From: Cirrosporium novae-zelandiae
Lineage: Eukaryota
DNA: 64,000 nucleotides
Direction: 5' to 3'
Assembly: GCA_026023565.1 (NCBI GenBank)
Contig: JAPETS010000020.1
Span: 434,001 to 498,000 of the forward strand
Below the pieces are notes generated by a model. It saw only the letters and a list, made by a program, of their open reading frames with translations, searched no databases and was not told where the DNA came from. A program made the translations under genes and the position numbers. Of the stretch, positions 1-11,765 are shown piece after piece (the stretch's first letter is position 1; every line of letters starts with the position of its first letter).

Positions 1-181
1 TACTTGTAAAATACTAGGTAGGTTGGTTAGGGAAGCAAAAGCGCAATACGTTGGGTCCATTGTGACGGGGACGATGTGTCGTCGTCACAGACCAAGGTAA
101 CTCGGAGACTTTCATATGAAAGTTCTTGAAAATGACAGAGGTGGAAGTGGGGGGGGGGCCTAGATAGAAAAGTTTTTTTTC

Positions 182-1421
182 CTATTTTTCATCGTAGTAG
201 AACCATTCGGAACTTGTCGCTACATATAGGATCGAGATACCCATGATGGGAGCAAGCGTGCCATCAGAATTCAACATGGGGGAATAATCTGTGGTGTTGT
301 AGAAAGCTTGCACGGATAATTCATCGCCTATGTTGAGGAAGCTTTGCTTTGGATTGCATGTAATTGAGGAGATGTGTACCATTTCCATGTCCATGTCCAT
401 GCTCATACTCATGTTCATGGACTCGTCTGATGCCATCTCGATATAACCAGGGCTCTCTCCATATGCGGCAACGCATTCAGATAGGATGTTATCGTTTTTC
501 AAGACTTCGAGGTGTGTTCCGCCGTCATGGAGATGTCCCCATATCAGATTTATTTCGCCGGAAAAGTCTGCTGTCCAGGGTGGTTCCATGGAGTATTCGA
601 ACGAAGAATTTGCCATCGCTGGCATCTCCGAATTGGACGTGCAGTTGCTGTCGATATCGAGCCAGATGGAAGTCACCGGTTTGAAGGTTTGTGGGACAGA
701 TGAGATATATTCGTAAGTGATGGTGACGACAGCTTCGCGAGGGTCTGGGGTCTCGTTCATCAGCTCTACCACCATGGCCAAATAGTCGTTTGATTTTAGA
801 TAGTAGCCAGCTTTTTGGGTCCTAATATAGCGTCAGCGTTAAGCCCATTTGACTTCGTGTAAAAAGCCCTTTACCCATTGACACACAGATCAACCGGGGT
901 CCGCTCATTTCCGGACGCAAAGAAGCGATCTCGGCTCAACCATCCAGCCGAAGTTCCACAGGTCGTGCTGGCCCTTCCCCCATTGAATATCACAACATGG
1001 TGAAGCCACATGCCCGTGTTTGAATTCGCATAAGTTCCATTTGGATATTCAAGGCCACCTCGCATCCATGTTATCACGCAATCAGAGCAGGGCATCGTGA
1101 TATTGACATCGAAATATGACCACATCCCACTGTTGTTGGTGTTTGATGGTGCGGTATAAGGCCCATAGCTTATTTTAACCCTCTCAGAATGGTATTTGGG
1201 AAAGTATTGCGGATCCAGGTGAACAACGTTAGTATCATTTATTATATTTGCGCTGTCTACAAGAATTTTCGTTAGATAATGATAGAATAAACATGTGGAT
1301 AAATTAGCAATAGGTGCTACTTACATGGAGCTCCGGCATTCGTTTTTTTGGCTTGAACACCTGCAGAAACTGCAGTGAAGATGCTTAGAAAACCATTGAG
1401 GACTTTAATAAAGCAAACCAT
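182..1421 (-). CDS. Secreted SURNod19-like protein, possible copper type II monooxygenase-like fold (3 exons: ~1421-1325, 1256-875, 821-182)
   Basis: ATG at 1421 gives a signal-peptide-like start MVCFIKVLNGFLSIFTAVSA. GTAAGT..TAG and GTAAAG..TAG introns with CTAAC/CTGAC branch points join ORFs 871-1125 and 182-781. Motifs WLHHVV, RFFASGNER, GHLHDGG and PIMGI. Confidence 0.65.
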
Positions 1422-3654
1422 CTTGCTGACGAGAATTGTTTAATTAACATAGTTATAAAGTCGGGCTCAAGTCTATATATAAGGAGCTCCATGGCTCAAG
1501 GCATCCATGGGTAGAGGAATGTGAGGTCATATTAACTCACACAGAAGCCTTCGAGGATTTGGCTGTGTAATGTCTTGCTCGTATTTGCATTTTCAGCGTC
1601 TTACGAAGGCATTCCATGCTGTACAACTGTCAAGAAACTCATGATTGGTCATTTTTGAGGCGTTGAGCTGGTGGATCTAAAACAAGAATTCAACACGTTG
1701 ATTAATTAGTTGATTGATTGATTTATTAAACCGATCCTTATAATTTGTCCATTCAGATATACTATACGAGAACTAGCAATATCATATCGAGGCATGGTTC
1801 AAGGTTGATAGTTTGATGGAGGATTGTTGACCTGGTAGGAAAGGACTGTTTGTTATGTTTGCAATCATATCGAGCTGTGACTTCATGATGGTGTAGAGCT
1901 TGAATCTGACATGTTACAAATCTTGATCTATTCCAAACTACCTAGGTAGATACGTTGTCGTTGTTGCCTGGAAATTCAGCCAAGTGATCGCCAAATACTT
2001 CAGGGCAGACTTCATTAGCAAGGCCATCCATACCGGACTGACGTCCACAACATGGTATTACTCACGTCTCATCCTTTGGGAAACCCTGCACCGAATCCAT
2101 CCGGGATACCACAGTAGCCTAAAATAATGTCGATAGTCGTTATACAAGTGTTGTTCACACCTGAAGTACCTCAATATTGCGACAACAATCCCGCTGTGCT
2201 CACTTGTACCCCTTCACACCGATGTACAGTACGGTACATTGCCGGGGAAGTCGAGAGACCTGGCAGGCCAGAAAAGTAATGACAGCACGCCAAGGACGCG
2301 ATCACTCACTGCAAGATCTTGCACCGTTGACCTCCTTTCTGTTGAAGAAGCGCGATTCAGCCACTTCATTCCAGTGATATTACAGTATATAGAGGTATTT
2401 ATGGTTGCAAATAAGCTGCATCAGACAGTCATCAATGATATCCCTTTCAAAGACATTAATTATACAATCAGTGCTTCCCCCACTCAATGAGTTACCGATT
2501 ATTAGGGATATGAATTCATCGGACACTCAATATTAAAACTCATAATTTCTAATTAGCTAACATGAGGGATATCTCTCGGAACGTAGAAATAGTCTTATGT
2601 CAAACTCACGTTTAATTAGAGCCGCACTAGACCTTAGCCTTGATATGTTTAGTTTGACAAACTCTTTCACAGGAAGGATAGACTATGGTCTCCTCTACTA
2701 ACCTCTGAAACATACTCATTCCCAAGGTAGATGGAATATCTCAAGCAAAGTTCTAGTGGATATTGTCAAGGCACCTATTGGAGCAGTATTTATAGACGGT
2801 GGTTTCTCTGTGGCCAGGGCATGTACGCAAACATTTCTCCTGAATATCCTTATTCAATCCTTGACGTTCGGCCCACCGGTAGTGGTAGACAGTCACGCAA
2901 TACAAATACCTAGAACGCAACAATCGGTATCAAGGTAGAACTATTTATCAACCATCAGGTTCTCAACCAAGCTGTGCTTCTGGAGGCCCTGGCCTATGTG
3001 TCCTGTGAGAGAGATACTTTCACGGAATGTTAATCACAAAGGCGCAACAAGGCTTGCCTCAGGTGCTATCGACAATTGCGCGGGGGTATGGAGAAAAGAC
3101 GTCAGGCGATCTAGGTAAGTGGGTGAAGCGCCAGAGTGTTGAGGATTAAGCTAAATATCTTAACTCTTCAGCCAAAAAGACGTGGTTACCCGGTAGTTAA
3201 GGCGAATAACCTTATTTAGCTATATAAGCTTGCTGCCCGTAACAACTTAAGTCCTTACGCAACACACTGGATTTATGACCATGGCCTAAGGCATGTCTAT
3301 ATGGACAATAATATGCATCATTATCTACTTCTTCCTGCTTTGATTGATTGGCATAGAACCTACATCAAGGCCATTCGCATTTATTCTTATGGCTGTGTAC
3401 GATGAATGCTTCTGTTATCAATAGTCCCAACTAATTCTACAGCCACAAGTCCTTCCCCTCTTTTCCCTCTCACACCTCTATACCACAATAGTAATCATGG
3501 CTCTATTTAGACAAAGCCATCGAGGAAGTAAAAGTTGAATTTTTAAAAGTATTCGGAGACCTTATAATCGCATTATTCTCCCCCAACAATATGTTGTCGC
3601 TCCCCTTCCTATGGCCTCGCCTTGTTGAGAAAAACCCAGTCATCTTCCTACGTT

Positions 3655-4622
3655 ATGTATCATACACTATTTCCTTTTCTAACCATCCTCTTTTTATGCC
3701 TATCCTTTGTCCTCGTATCTTCCGATTCCCCTTGCTATTTCCCTGATGGCAGTTGGAGTTCCGATGATCACCCCTGTTTTCCAAACCAACCACAAAGTTT
3801 CTGCTGCGGCGAAGGCCACAGCTGTATGTCAAATGGTCTGTGCCGATGGCCAGATATATATATGCCTGCACCTCTAGCGTATATAAGAGGAAGTTGTACC
3901 GATCGAACCTGTAGGTCTTTTTGAGGACATTACTTTTCGCCGTTACGTGCTAGAGTTGCTGACGAAAAGCTCCAAAAGGGCTCAGTGAATCATGCTCACA
4001 GCATTGTGCAAATATCCTCCCGGGACTGTGGAATAAAGTCATCCAGTGTTCTACCAATGAATATTGTTGTTCGCCCGATAACGATAACAGCCAGTTCTGT
4101 TGTACCGGGGGCAGTAGTAGCTCATCGGCTTTTATACCAAGCGCTAGTCGTACCATTTTTGACCTCGCCATGGCTACGACGGTTACAGTTATTGGTGTTT
4201 CCTCAACTTCGACTCTAGGCCAGACGGCGAAAACAACTATGATATATCCCAGTAGTTCCGTGGTATCTTCAAAAACATTAACAACTTCTACAACTTCTGC
4301 ATCATTGACGGCCACTCCCAACCCAACCCCCATTGATTCTTCCAGCCGTAGCGGTAGTGCAGATATTGGGATTGGTATCGGCGTGGGACTTGGGGCCGCT
4401 CTGGTCCTCGCATTTTGCGGTTGGCTCTTTTGGCGGAAAAATAGGAATTCTGAAAGACACAGAAAGCAACTGAACAGAAATGAATTGATGTATGGCAGAG
4501 TGTTTGAACAGAGCAGAGGTCAAGAGATGGGTGAGATGGGGTTGGATGATAGAAAGATGATAGGTGTGGATGGAAAAGCAGAGCTAGAAGGAAGAGGGAT
4601 AAGACCGGAGTTGCCTGGGTAA
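3655..4622 (+). CDS. Single-pass membrane protein: signal peptide, Cys-rich ectodomain, Ser/Thr stalk, TM helix, short tail (Mid2-like architecture); intron 3911-3978
   Basis: Hydrophobic N-terminus, then CYFPDG..DHPC..SFCC..CMSNGLC..YIRGSCTD. A GTAGGT..AAG intron with GCTGAC restores W-L-S-E-S-C. S/T-rich run and TM segment IGIGIGVGLGAALVLAFCGWLFW followed by RK. Confidence 0.75.
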
Positions 4623-5298
4623 TTCTAGATACCCTTCAAGACGAGAACACTTATCAAGGTGACCAAAGACTTTCAAGATGTAGGAACATTATTTAATTCT
4701 TATATTGATCCTGCGTCCCCACTGTTCAACCAGAATACCTGCATTACACCTAGCCCTCATTGGCTGATGCGTAATCTCCCGTCTAAAGAGAAGGATGATG
4801 TAAACGAGAATACCAATGTAAAAAGTCATAAAAGTGTCGCTCTGGAATGTGAATCCCGCTTATTTTGGGACCCCTGCGTGCCATCCTCCTGTAATAATCT
4901 CATCCTTGGCATCAACCGCACTTGAGCATCTCCTTTCCCATTTCAGATTCCTCCAATCCACTCTAACAAGAATAATTAGGACTTACATTTCCTCGGCGCA
5001 TCGCTAGGATCAAAAATAAGCCTAATGGGGTTTCTAACCGCTAGGTCGCATGCTGTTAAGCATCGCCTACAAAAGAGCTGTTCGCGCCCATGTAGGCCTC
5101 GCTAGACGTTCGCCTTCCTCACCATGCGTCTAGGACACGATTGTACATAGGATTGTTATGGCTTCAGAATATTCCGAGGAAAGCTCTGCGCTGCCTACCT
5201 CAAGAACCTCTGGACAATGTCATTCTGTTGATGCTCATATAACAACTAGTGCACGACCAGAGAAGCAATGTTAGTGAATTTATAAGCTCCGTTAGAAA

Positions 5299-7063
5299 AT
5301 GACGAAACTCATAGAAGTAGGGACTGCCCGAGAATATGCAAATGCAGTCGATCGTCATGCTGCAGTATCTACTGCCGACTCCTTATTTCCCGGTCATAAC
5401 TATGGGAACCTTGCGTCCTACCTATTACAACCTTACCAAATCCGTGCACCAACAATAGCTTCTAATGAAGTCGGTTCAAGCACGATCAAAAACTCTGATA
5501 AATTCGCAAGGCTGTATAACTTAAAGGACCCGGGCCCTGAAAGAGCAAAATATCTTGGGTCTGTTAAAGAACTTATCGATTTACCGGATACCACTAGCTC
5601 TGAGGGATGTCTCGCACAATTACTTTTCCTTTGTGGTCATCCCTCTCCGGAATGGCTCAACGCCTTAGGAGCGAAGTATCGGATTGACCCGGAATACTTT
5701 CAAAGGCATCTAGACTTTAGGTCTACAGTTGGAAGACCCGATTATTTCCCTTTACCCTCATTACCTTGCGCTTTTCCCAATATGATTCGACTACCGTTGA
5801 CATCCATCGGGTGCCGGATGACTAAAGGGAGGACAAGAGATGATATTTCACAAAAGGAGCTTGATGGGCTGAGGAAAGAGACATTGGAAGCTATGAAAAA
5901 ATACTTGGAGAAACTTTCCCAGGGGCGCGAGTCCGAATTAAAGCTAGGCGATTCTATCGTCCGGCATTTTTCGGTGCATGATAATCAGCATTTTTCGTTC
6001 GAACAAGATATCTCTATATATGTGGGAAAATCTCAGAAAGGATGGATAGGTAGGCAACAAACTCATATTCAGCCTTGGACCTCTGGACTGATTTACCGTA
6101 GCAATTGTGTGGCTTGATGTAGGGAGTGATTTGGGCGAGGGACCCGCTGGCCCTTGGCAACCTCAATTTCTACATTCAGATTCCTGGGCTATCAACTACT
6201 TTCCGACTATCCAACACAGATCTCGGATTGCCCTCAAACAACATAGCCGATTTACCCCATCACCGAAACATGATATAGAATCCCCTTCCAAAATCCAACA
6301 AAGCGCATCTCTTCTTCCTCTTGATTACGGGCGGAAGTTAGATGCGGAAATGATGATATGCGATGCTTTCTACCTTCTTAGTGATATCTTTCGATTTGTG
6401 GCCTTTACAGAAGTGCAATTTGTGAATATGCTAGAATCAAAAGCACGAAAAGAGCTTGACCACACAACCCTTGTTCGTCAGGACACTCCGACACTCTCTA
6501 ATCTCCTGTACTATAAGCAGATTTCAGAGCGTCACATCTCGCGACTCCGTGAAATAGTTGATTTTATTGACTCTCGATCCGATCTAGATTGGCCTAAAGC
6601 CTCAAAGCCAAGCCATCAGGAAATAGGGGAATCGACTGCAAAGTCACTCTTGAAGGATTTTCGTTACCTTCTTCTTCGAACAGAATCTGTTGCCACAAAT
6701 TGTGATAGAGGAATGGATATTGTCATGAACAACGTTATGATCAAGGAGTCACAAAAAGCAATTCTCCAGGCCGAAAGAGTAACTAAATTGACACAGCTAG
6801 CCTTTTTCTTTATCCCATTGTCCTTTACAACTTCATTTTTTGGCATGAACTTTACACAATTTGGTAATGGAGCACTTCTTAATGTTTGGGTTTGGTTTGC
6901 AGTATCTGTCCCCATTCTATTAATTTCCTTGGCTTTTATGTTTTGGGACCTAACCACCATTACGCGATTTACAAAATCTCTATCATTACGAAATCAAGCT
7001 ACCACCGATGCCCTTCTTCAGGAAAGAAGTCTTGCGATGCCGAGTTCAACATCCTCAGTCTAA
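5299..7063 (+). CDS. Fungal CorA-like family membrane protein (two C-terminal TM helices, GMN motif); intron ~6050-6101
   Basis: ORFs 5299-6117 and 6107-7063 join through GTAGGC..TAG. N-terminal LGAKYRIDPEYFQRHL and C-terminal VTKLTQLAFFFIPLSFTTSFFGMNF..VWVWFAVSVP are typical of fungal CorA-like proteins. Confidence 0.75.
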
Positions 7064-7112
7064 TCCTGTCTTTGTTACTCTATACCATATTAGAACCCCA
7101 CGGATCCGAGCC

Positions 7113-8748
7113 TCATTTTTCACTTGATCTGTTGCTGATACTTCCCGGTTTCGCTTCTTTGCTCGAGAGCAACAAATAAACTGGGGCAATAAAGAAGGCT
7201 AAATTCACTAACCCCAGGAGACTGTTACCCCAGCCCATCCCTAAGTGGTCATACAATCCTTGCCCTGAAAGTGGCAGCGTCGCACAGGCTACAGCTCTGG
7301 TTACCACACTTGCTGCCATTGCAGAAGCAGACCGAGAAGGGAAAGCCTCCAAGAGATAGAGTTGTGTTGCGAGCTATATCGGACAACATGATTGAATATC
7401 TCAGATTACAAGTTTTCCTGTACTGGCAAGAACGGGTAACACTCACAAGTGTCCCAGACATACCAAATCCAACGACGAATAGGCCTGCAAGCGGCACTAA
7501 CCAGAATGAGTGTTTTTCGATTGTCCAACCATACCAACACAAACCTCCAGACGCCATAGGAATCCCAATCAGTATCGGTGGTAAGCGAAATATAGGACTT
7601 CTCTTTTTATGTTTACCCGTTAGATGTTTGACGAAACGGTCACTAGCGGTACTGAAAACGGCCAGGCACAACAGACTGCCAGTGCTGCTACTCAAATAAG
7701 CGAGACCCGCGTTCCTAGACGAGAAATGGTATTGGTTTTGAAATACGGTGCCCAGGGTGGTATAAATGATGTTGCAGTAGCCGATTAAACAGGCTGCAAA
7801 GACGTAAAGGGCAAAAACGGCAGGGGACGAGAAAAGGATCTTCAGTGGATGCAACCAGGTTTTGACGAGAGATTCACCCAGTTTCTCCTTTGGATGAGAG
7901 ATATGGGGTGGATGAACTTTTTGATTTGCTTCGTCTGACCGCGAGACCCTCCGTTGGAGTAATGTTGGCTGGTGTGTCTCCTGGAGGAACATGAAAGCAC
8001 AAACAGCACAAGCTCCGCTCTTTTGAACTATGAGCCTTGTTCGCTTGACAAATGTGAAGAATCGCAGGCTGTGACTCACAAAGATAGCCACGATCCAAAA
8101 CAGCCACCTCCACCCCACTGCCTGCGTTACTACCCCTCCGACCACAGGCCCGACCAGAGGGCCGAGGATAGGCCCTATTGTGTAGCCAGCCATTGCCTTC
8201 CCCAATTGCTCCTCGACCACTAGGTCGGCAACCATCGCACCCCCAATTGCTATTGGAGCTGCACCTACGCATCCCGCCAGAAAGCGAAATGCCACCAACA
8301 TGTGCAGGTTTGTAGCTAGGGCGCATCCGACTGTGAAAATGAGGAAGAATATTATGCAGAAGCGATACACAATGAGACGGCCATATCGCTCAGAAAGGGG
8401 TGCGAATATAAGAGGTCCCACAATAAACCCAAGTACATATATAGATATTGATAGAGTTGCGAGTGTCTTGTCATGGGTGTGGAGCGAGGCGAGAACAGAT
8501 GGAATGGATGGTGCATACATCATAGATGCTAATGGTCTGTTATTTTAGGTTAATCTAATTCCAGCTGTTTGTTCATTTTAAGTTTGTCAATTAAGATGAC
8601 AGACGTACGTGAGAAATTCGACGAAGCTGATGAAAAATATGATCAAGAATTTGCGCCATGACGTCCAATTTCGAGGATTTGCGGGATTCGAATCCCATCC
8701 ATCAACTTCTTGGATTTCTAGACTGGTTTCGCACTTTGGCGCCGACAT
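7113..8748 (-). CDS. MFS multidrug transporter (DHA1 family), multi-exon
   Basis: Exon 1 from ATG 8748 reads ..WDSNPANPRNWTSWRK. Motif A region GPLIFAPLSERYGR, plus FRFLAG, GPVVGG, GWRWLFW and QETH. Terminal exon AFPSRSASAMAA..LGMGWGNSLLG. Confidence 0.85.
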
Positions 8749-9277
8749 ATCTACGCATTCAAAGTACTGTAAAGTGTTGACTGCAAGTTTGTGCTTTCTG
8801 GAGGACTGTTATGTATGTTACGTCCATCTCACTACCCCTTGCTATTGGAAATGTTTACGCTCCTGTCGCTGCAGAAGCCGCGGTGTGATTTGTGTCAACT
8901 GTGACAGGGTTTGCCGAATTAATAAGTCAGATAAACACTAGACTAACAACTGCATATTGTGTATTCAATTCTATTCGACCGGCTATAACCAAAGCCGTAA
9001 TGTTCATTTCCCCATCAGCGATCATATCTCAAAAGAATCCACACCTGCAAAATCTCCACAATTTCATGCTCATCTAACAAGGGTACGGCTGTCTGATCGC
9101 AAGTCAACATTTGACAAATGAGGTCAATTCTAGTAGTCCATCCTTGCGCCGCCAAAATACTAAACCAAAGCCAATGGTTGTAGGGTTGTGCTGTTCGTCT
9201 TGAAAAGGCATATATCTGATAGCTCTGTATTGGTAGGAATATTTCTTGGATTCAGGCTCTGCTTGTTAATTGAGAGG

Positions 9278-10471
9278 ATGCAGTCGACTAGACATTCACA
9301 ATACCAATATTTTCCTAGTATCAAGACAGTATCAAATGGTGATTCATCAGTTAAGGATGATGGAGAGCTTCAGGCTGCGATGCATTTCCTTACAAGAGAC
9401 CCTCTTTTTGATTCCGAAAAGCCTTATAGCATGCGTTACCCTCCCCAAGGAGATCTTCCACAATCGAATATCAAAAGAGAGAAGCATTTGCTCGAGATAC
9501 ATAATATGCGGCAAAGGCTTGACGATTTGAAATTTGAACAATGCGGTTTTGGAATGATGAATATGGATTCAGATATGAGTTATGATGATTTCAACGACGG
9601 ATCTAAAATCACCTCTGTTTACCTACAAGAGATAGGCGAGGCCATGAAAAGGACACTAAACGCCAAACATGTTTATGTGATAGACTATGCGGTGAGTATT
9701 ATATTGGACAAAGACATTTAAATGTTTTAGTTAATCATATCAGGTCCGTCGTCGTCACTCTGAATTTCCGATATCTACTGGCAAGAACTATAAATACGAC
9801 CAGCCTACGGCTATGGCTCATATTGGTTAGGAAAACACAATGTTACAATACTTCATTCTAATTACTTGCTGTTAGATTTCACTTGTGACGAAGGTCGGAG
9901 AATGCTTCAGGTTCTGTATGGGGACGATGCAGATAAGGTAATTCAGGGTCGCTGGCAAATTATCAAGTACTTATCCACCGTTTACGACATTGAAATCGAT
10001 ACCGAAAATTCTAGCTTACAACCCAACAGTGCATGGCGACCTCTTCGAGGGCCACTCAACGACTGGCCACTTGGCCTTTGCGACGCTCAGTCAGTTGACT
10101 TTGCAAATGATACGATGGCCGGTGACATAGTTTTTCGTGACTGGGCTACTGAAAATATGCAAGTTCGCTATAACCCGATGCAGAAGTGGTACTATCTCCC
10201 AGATCATATACCCTCTGAGGTCTTAATCTTCAAGAGTGCGGATTCCGAAGGTGACGGTGCAAATGGTGAGCTTGAAATCTTTAATCAACACTATCTTAGG
10301 ATACGGTATGCGCTAACCTCAAAAGTCTGTCCTCATGCTGGCTTTTTCAATCCACAAGTCAGAAAACACGAATTACCTCGCGAAAGCATTGACTGCCGGG
10401 CTTTTGTTCTCTATGCTGATTTGGATGAGTATCCTCCCGAGGTTGGGAACCTTTTTCAAGGGCACATGTGA
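9278..10471 (+). CDS. AsaB/CmcJ (GA4-desaturase-like) hydroxylase/desaturase family protein, multi-exon
   Basis: Motifs EKPY, VRRR, AHI-D across an intron, AWRPLRGPLNDWPLGLCDAQS, QKWYYL, EVLIFKSADS, CPHAGF and PRESIDCR. Introns start at ~9692, ~9826, ~9967 and ~10266. Confidence 0.78.
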
Positions 10472-11765
10472 CGAAGACTTCGCATTGGAGTAGCTTGCAG
10501 ATCCTGAACCTGAACAAGGTATATACTAACAGTTGTTGAAGGTATATGCAAATAGGATTATATCTCTGCAATATATCAACTTAGAAATCTTAGCCGAGAA
10601 AGCTTCACTACTAACTCCAGCCTTAGCAATCACTAACAAGACATATAAATATATTATTCAAAATCTTGAAAGGGATAGAACTAAACTAGACAGGTTGTGA
10701 TGGGTTAGGGATACACAATTCCTATACCATCTACAATATATTCGACCTTGAGCTTCCAGAAGTTGATGAAAGCCATAGCTTGAACGGTCTCATTTTCGTA
10801 ACATAGGCAGCTTGAATGACAAATTTGACCGTAGTAAATTCCCCTGCTTCTTCGTCCGGCTATCTTCATTTCTCCCAACAATTCATTACCAACCCGAGAA
10901 GCTGCCGCAGTTTCATGTCTCACTCTGTAGCTACCTCGGACACAGGCCCTGAAATATTCCCATCCAATATGACAGTTTCCCCTTTTAAAAATCCATGCTG
11001 GGTGCCGTTATTCTTAAGACCAATTTCTCCGGATGTTCCAGCTACTCCGGGAGACGCTGCTTTGGCTGGCCATTGTGCCTTCCACGGCTGAGACTTTTGG
11101 ATATTTGTACTCGAAGGCATTGTTGCGATTTATGGATGGGACTTTGTGCTGTCAGAGACTACTCTTCCACGAGAGCTTAGATTCAATGCATACCTTGAAG
11201 AAGACTTTTTCGGTTTCGTAAGATGACTTGTTTGCGGACTACTATCCCTAAGGCTCCTTAGGATATGTCTCCAATTTATGCATAGACAATTGTCATTCCC
11301 TAGGGTAAAGACGCAGAGTTGTGATCTTCTCTTCATTTTAACCCTGCAGTCACACCCAATCCAGCTTGGTTTTGCTGTGCTTATGGAAGGAATATATTCC
11401 TTGGCGAGAGCTCATGTCATTGGGCAAATATCCCTTATCTCTTGCAGCCTCAGCTCGTGCATATCTTACATTCCCAATTTTGTGTTAGTGGCAGTTGCCT
11501 GTTCGCATCAACTACCTTGCGATGCTGGGCTCTGTTATAAATTAACCTTGTATGATCTAAAGCGGGGGTTCACGGGAACTCGGTGATAGAACGCCTGGCT
11601 ATCACAAAGCCTTGGGGCGACTCCCCATAAAGTCTACGCTAAGACTATTGGACTTAGATACCCTGGTTGCATTCTAGTTTCCCTATTCACAGTATTGCAG
11701 CTTGATTTCTTGGATGGTTTCACTATAATATTCCAACTTTTACAACTCTAGCTGTCCTAAAAAGC

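Noticed and set aside
1950..3100. Possible decayed gene in the intergenic region
   Set aside because: Fragments look vaguely protein-like, but there are no ordered recognisable motifs.
10700..11340. Possible relic of a SesB-like hydrolase (minus-strand SYETEK followed by an intron-like GTATGC..CTGAC..AG)
   Set aside because: Only one short motif with many stops; too weak without a translated search.
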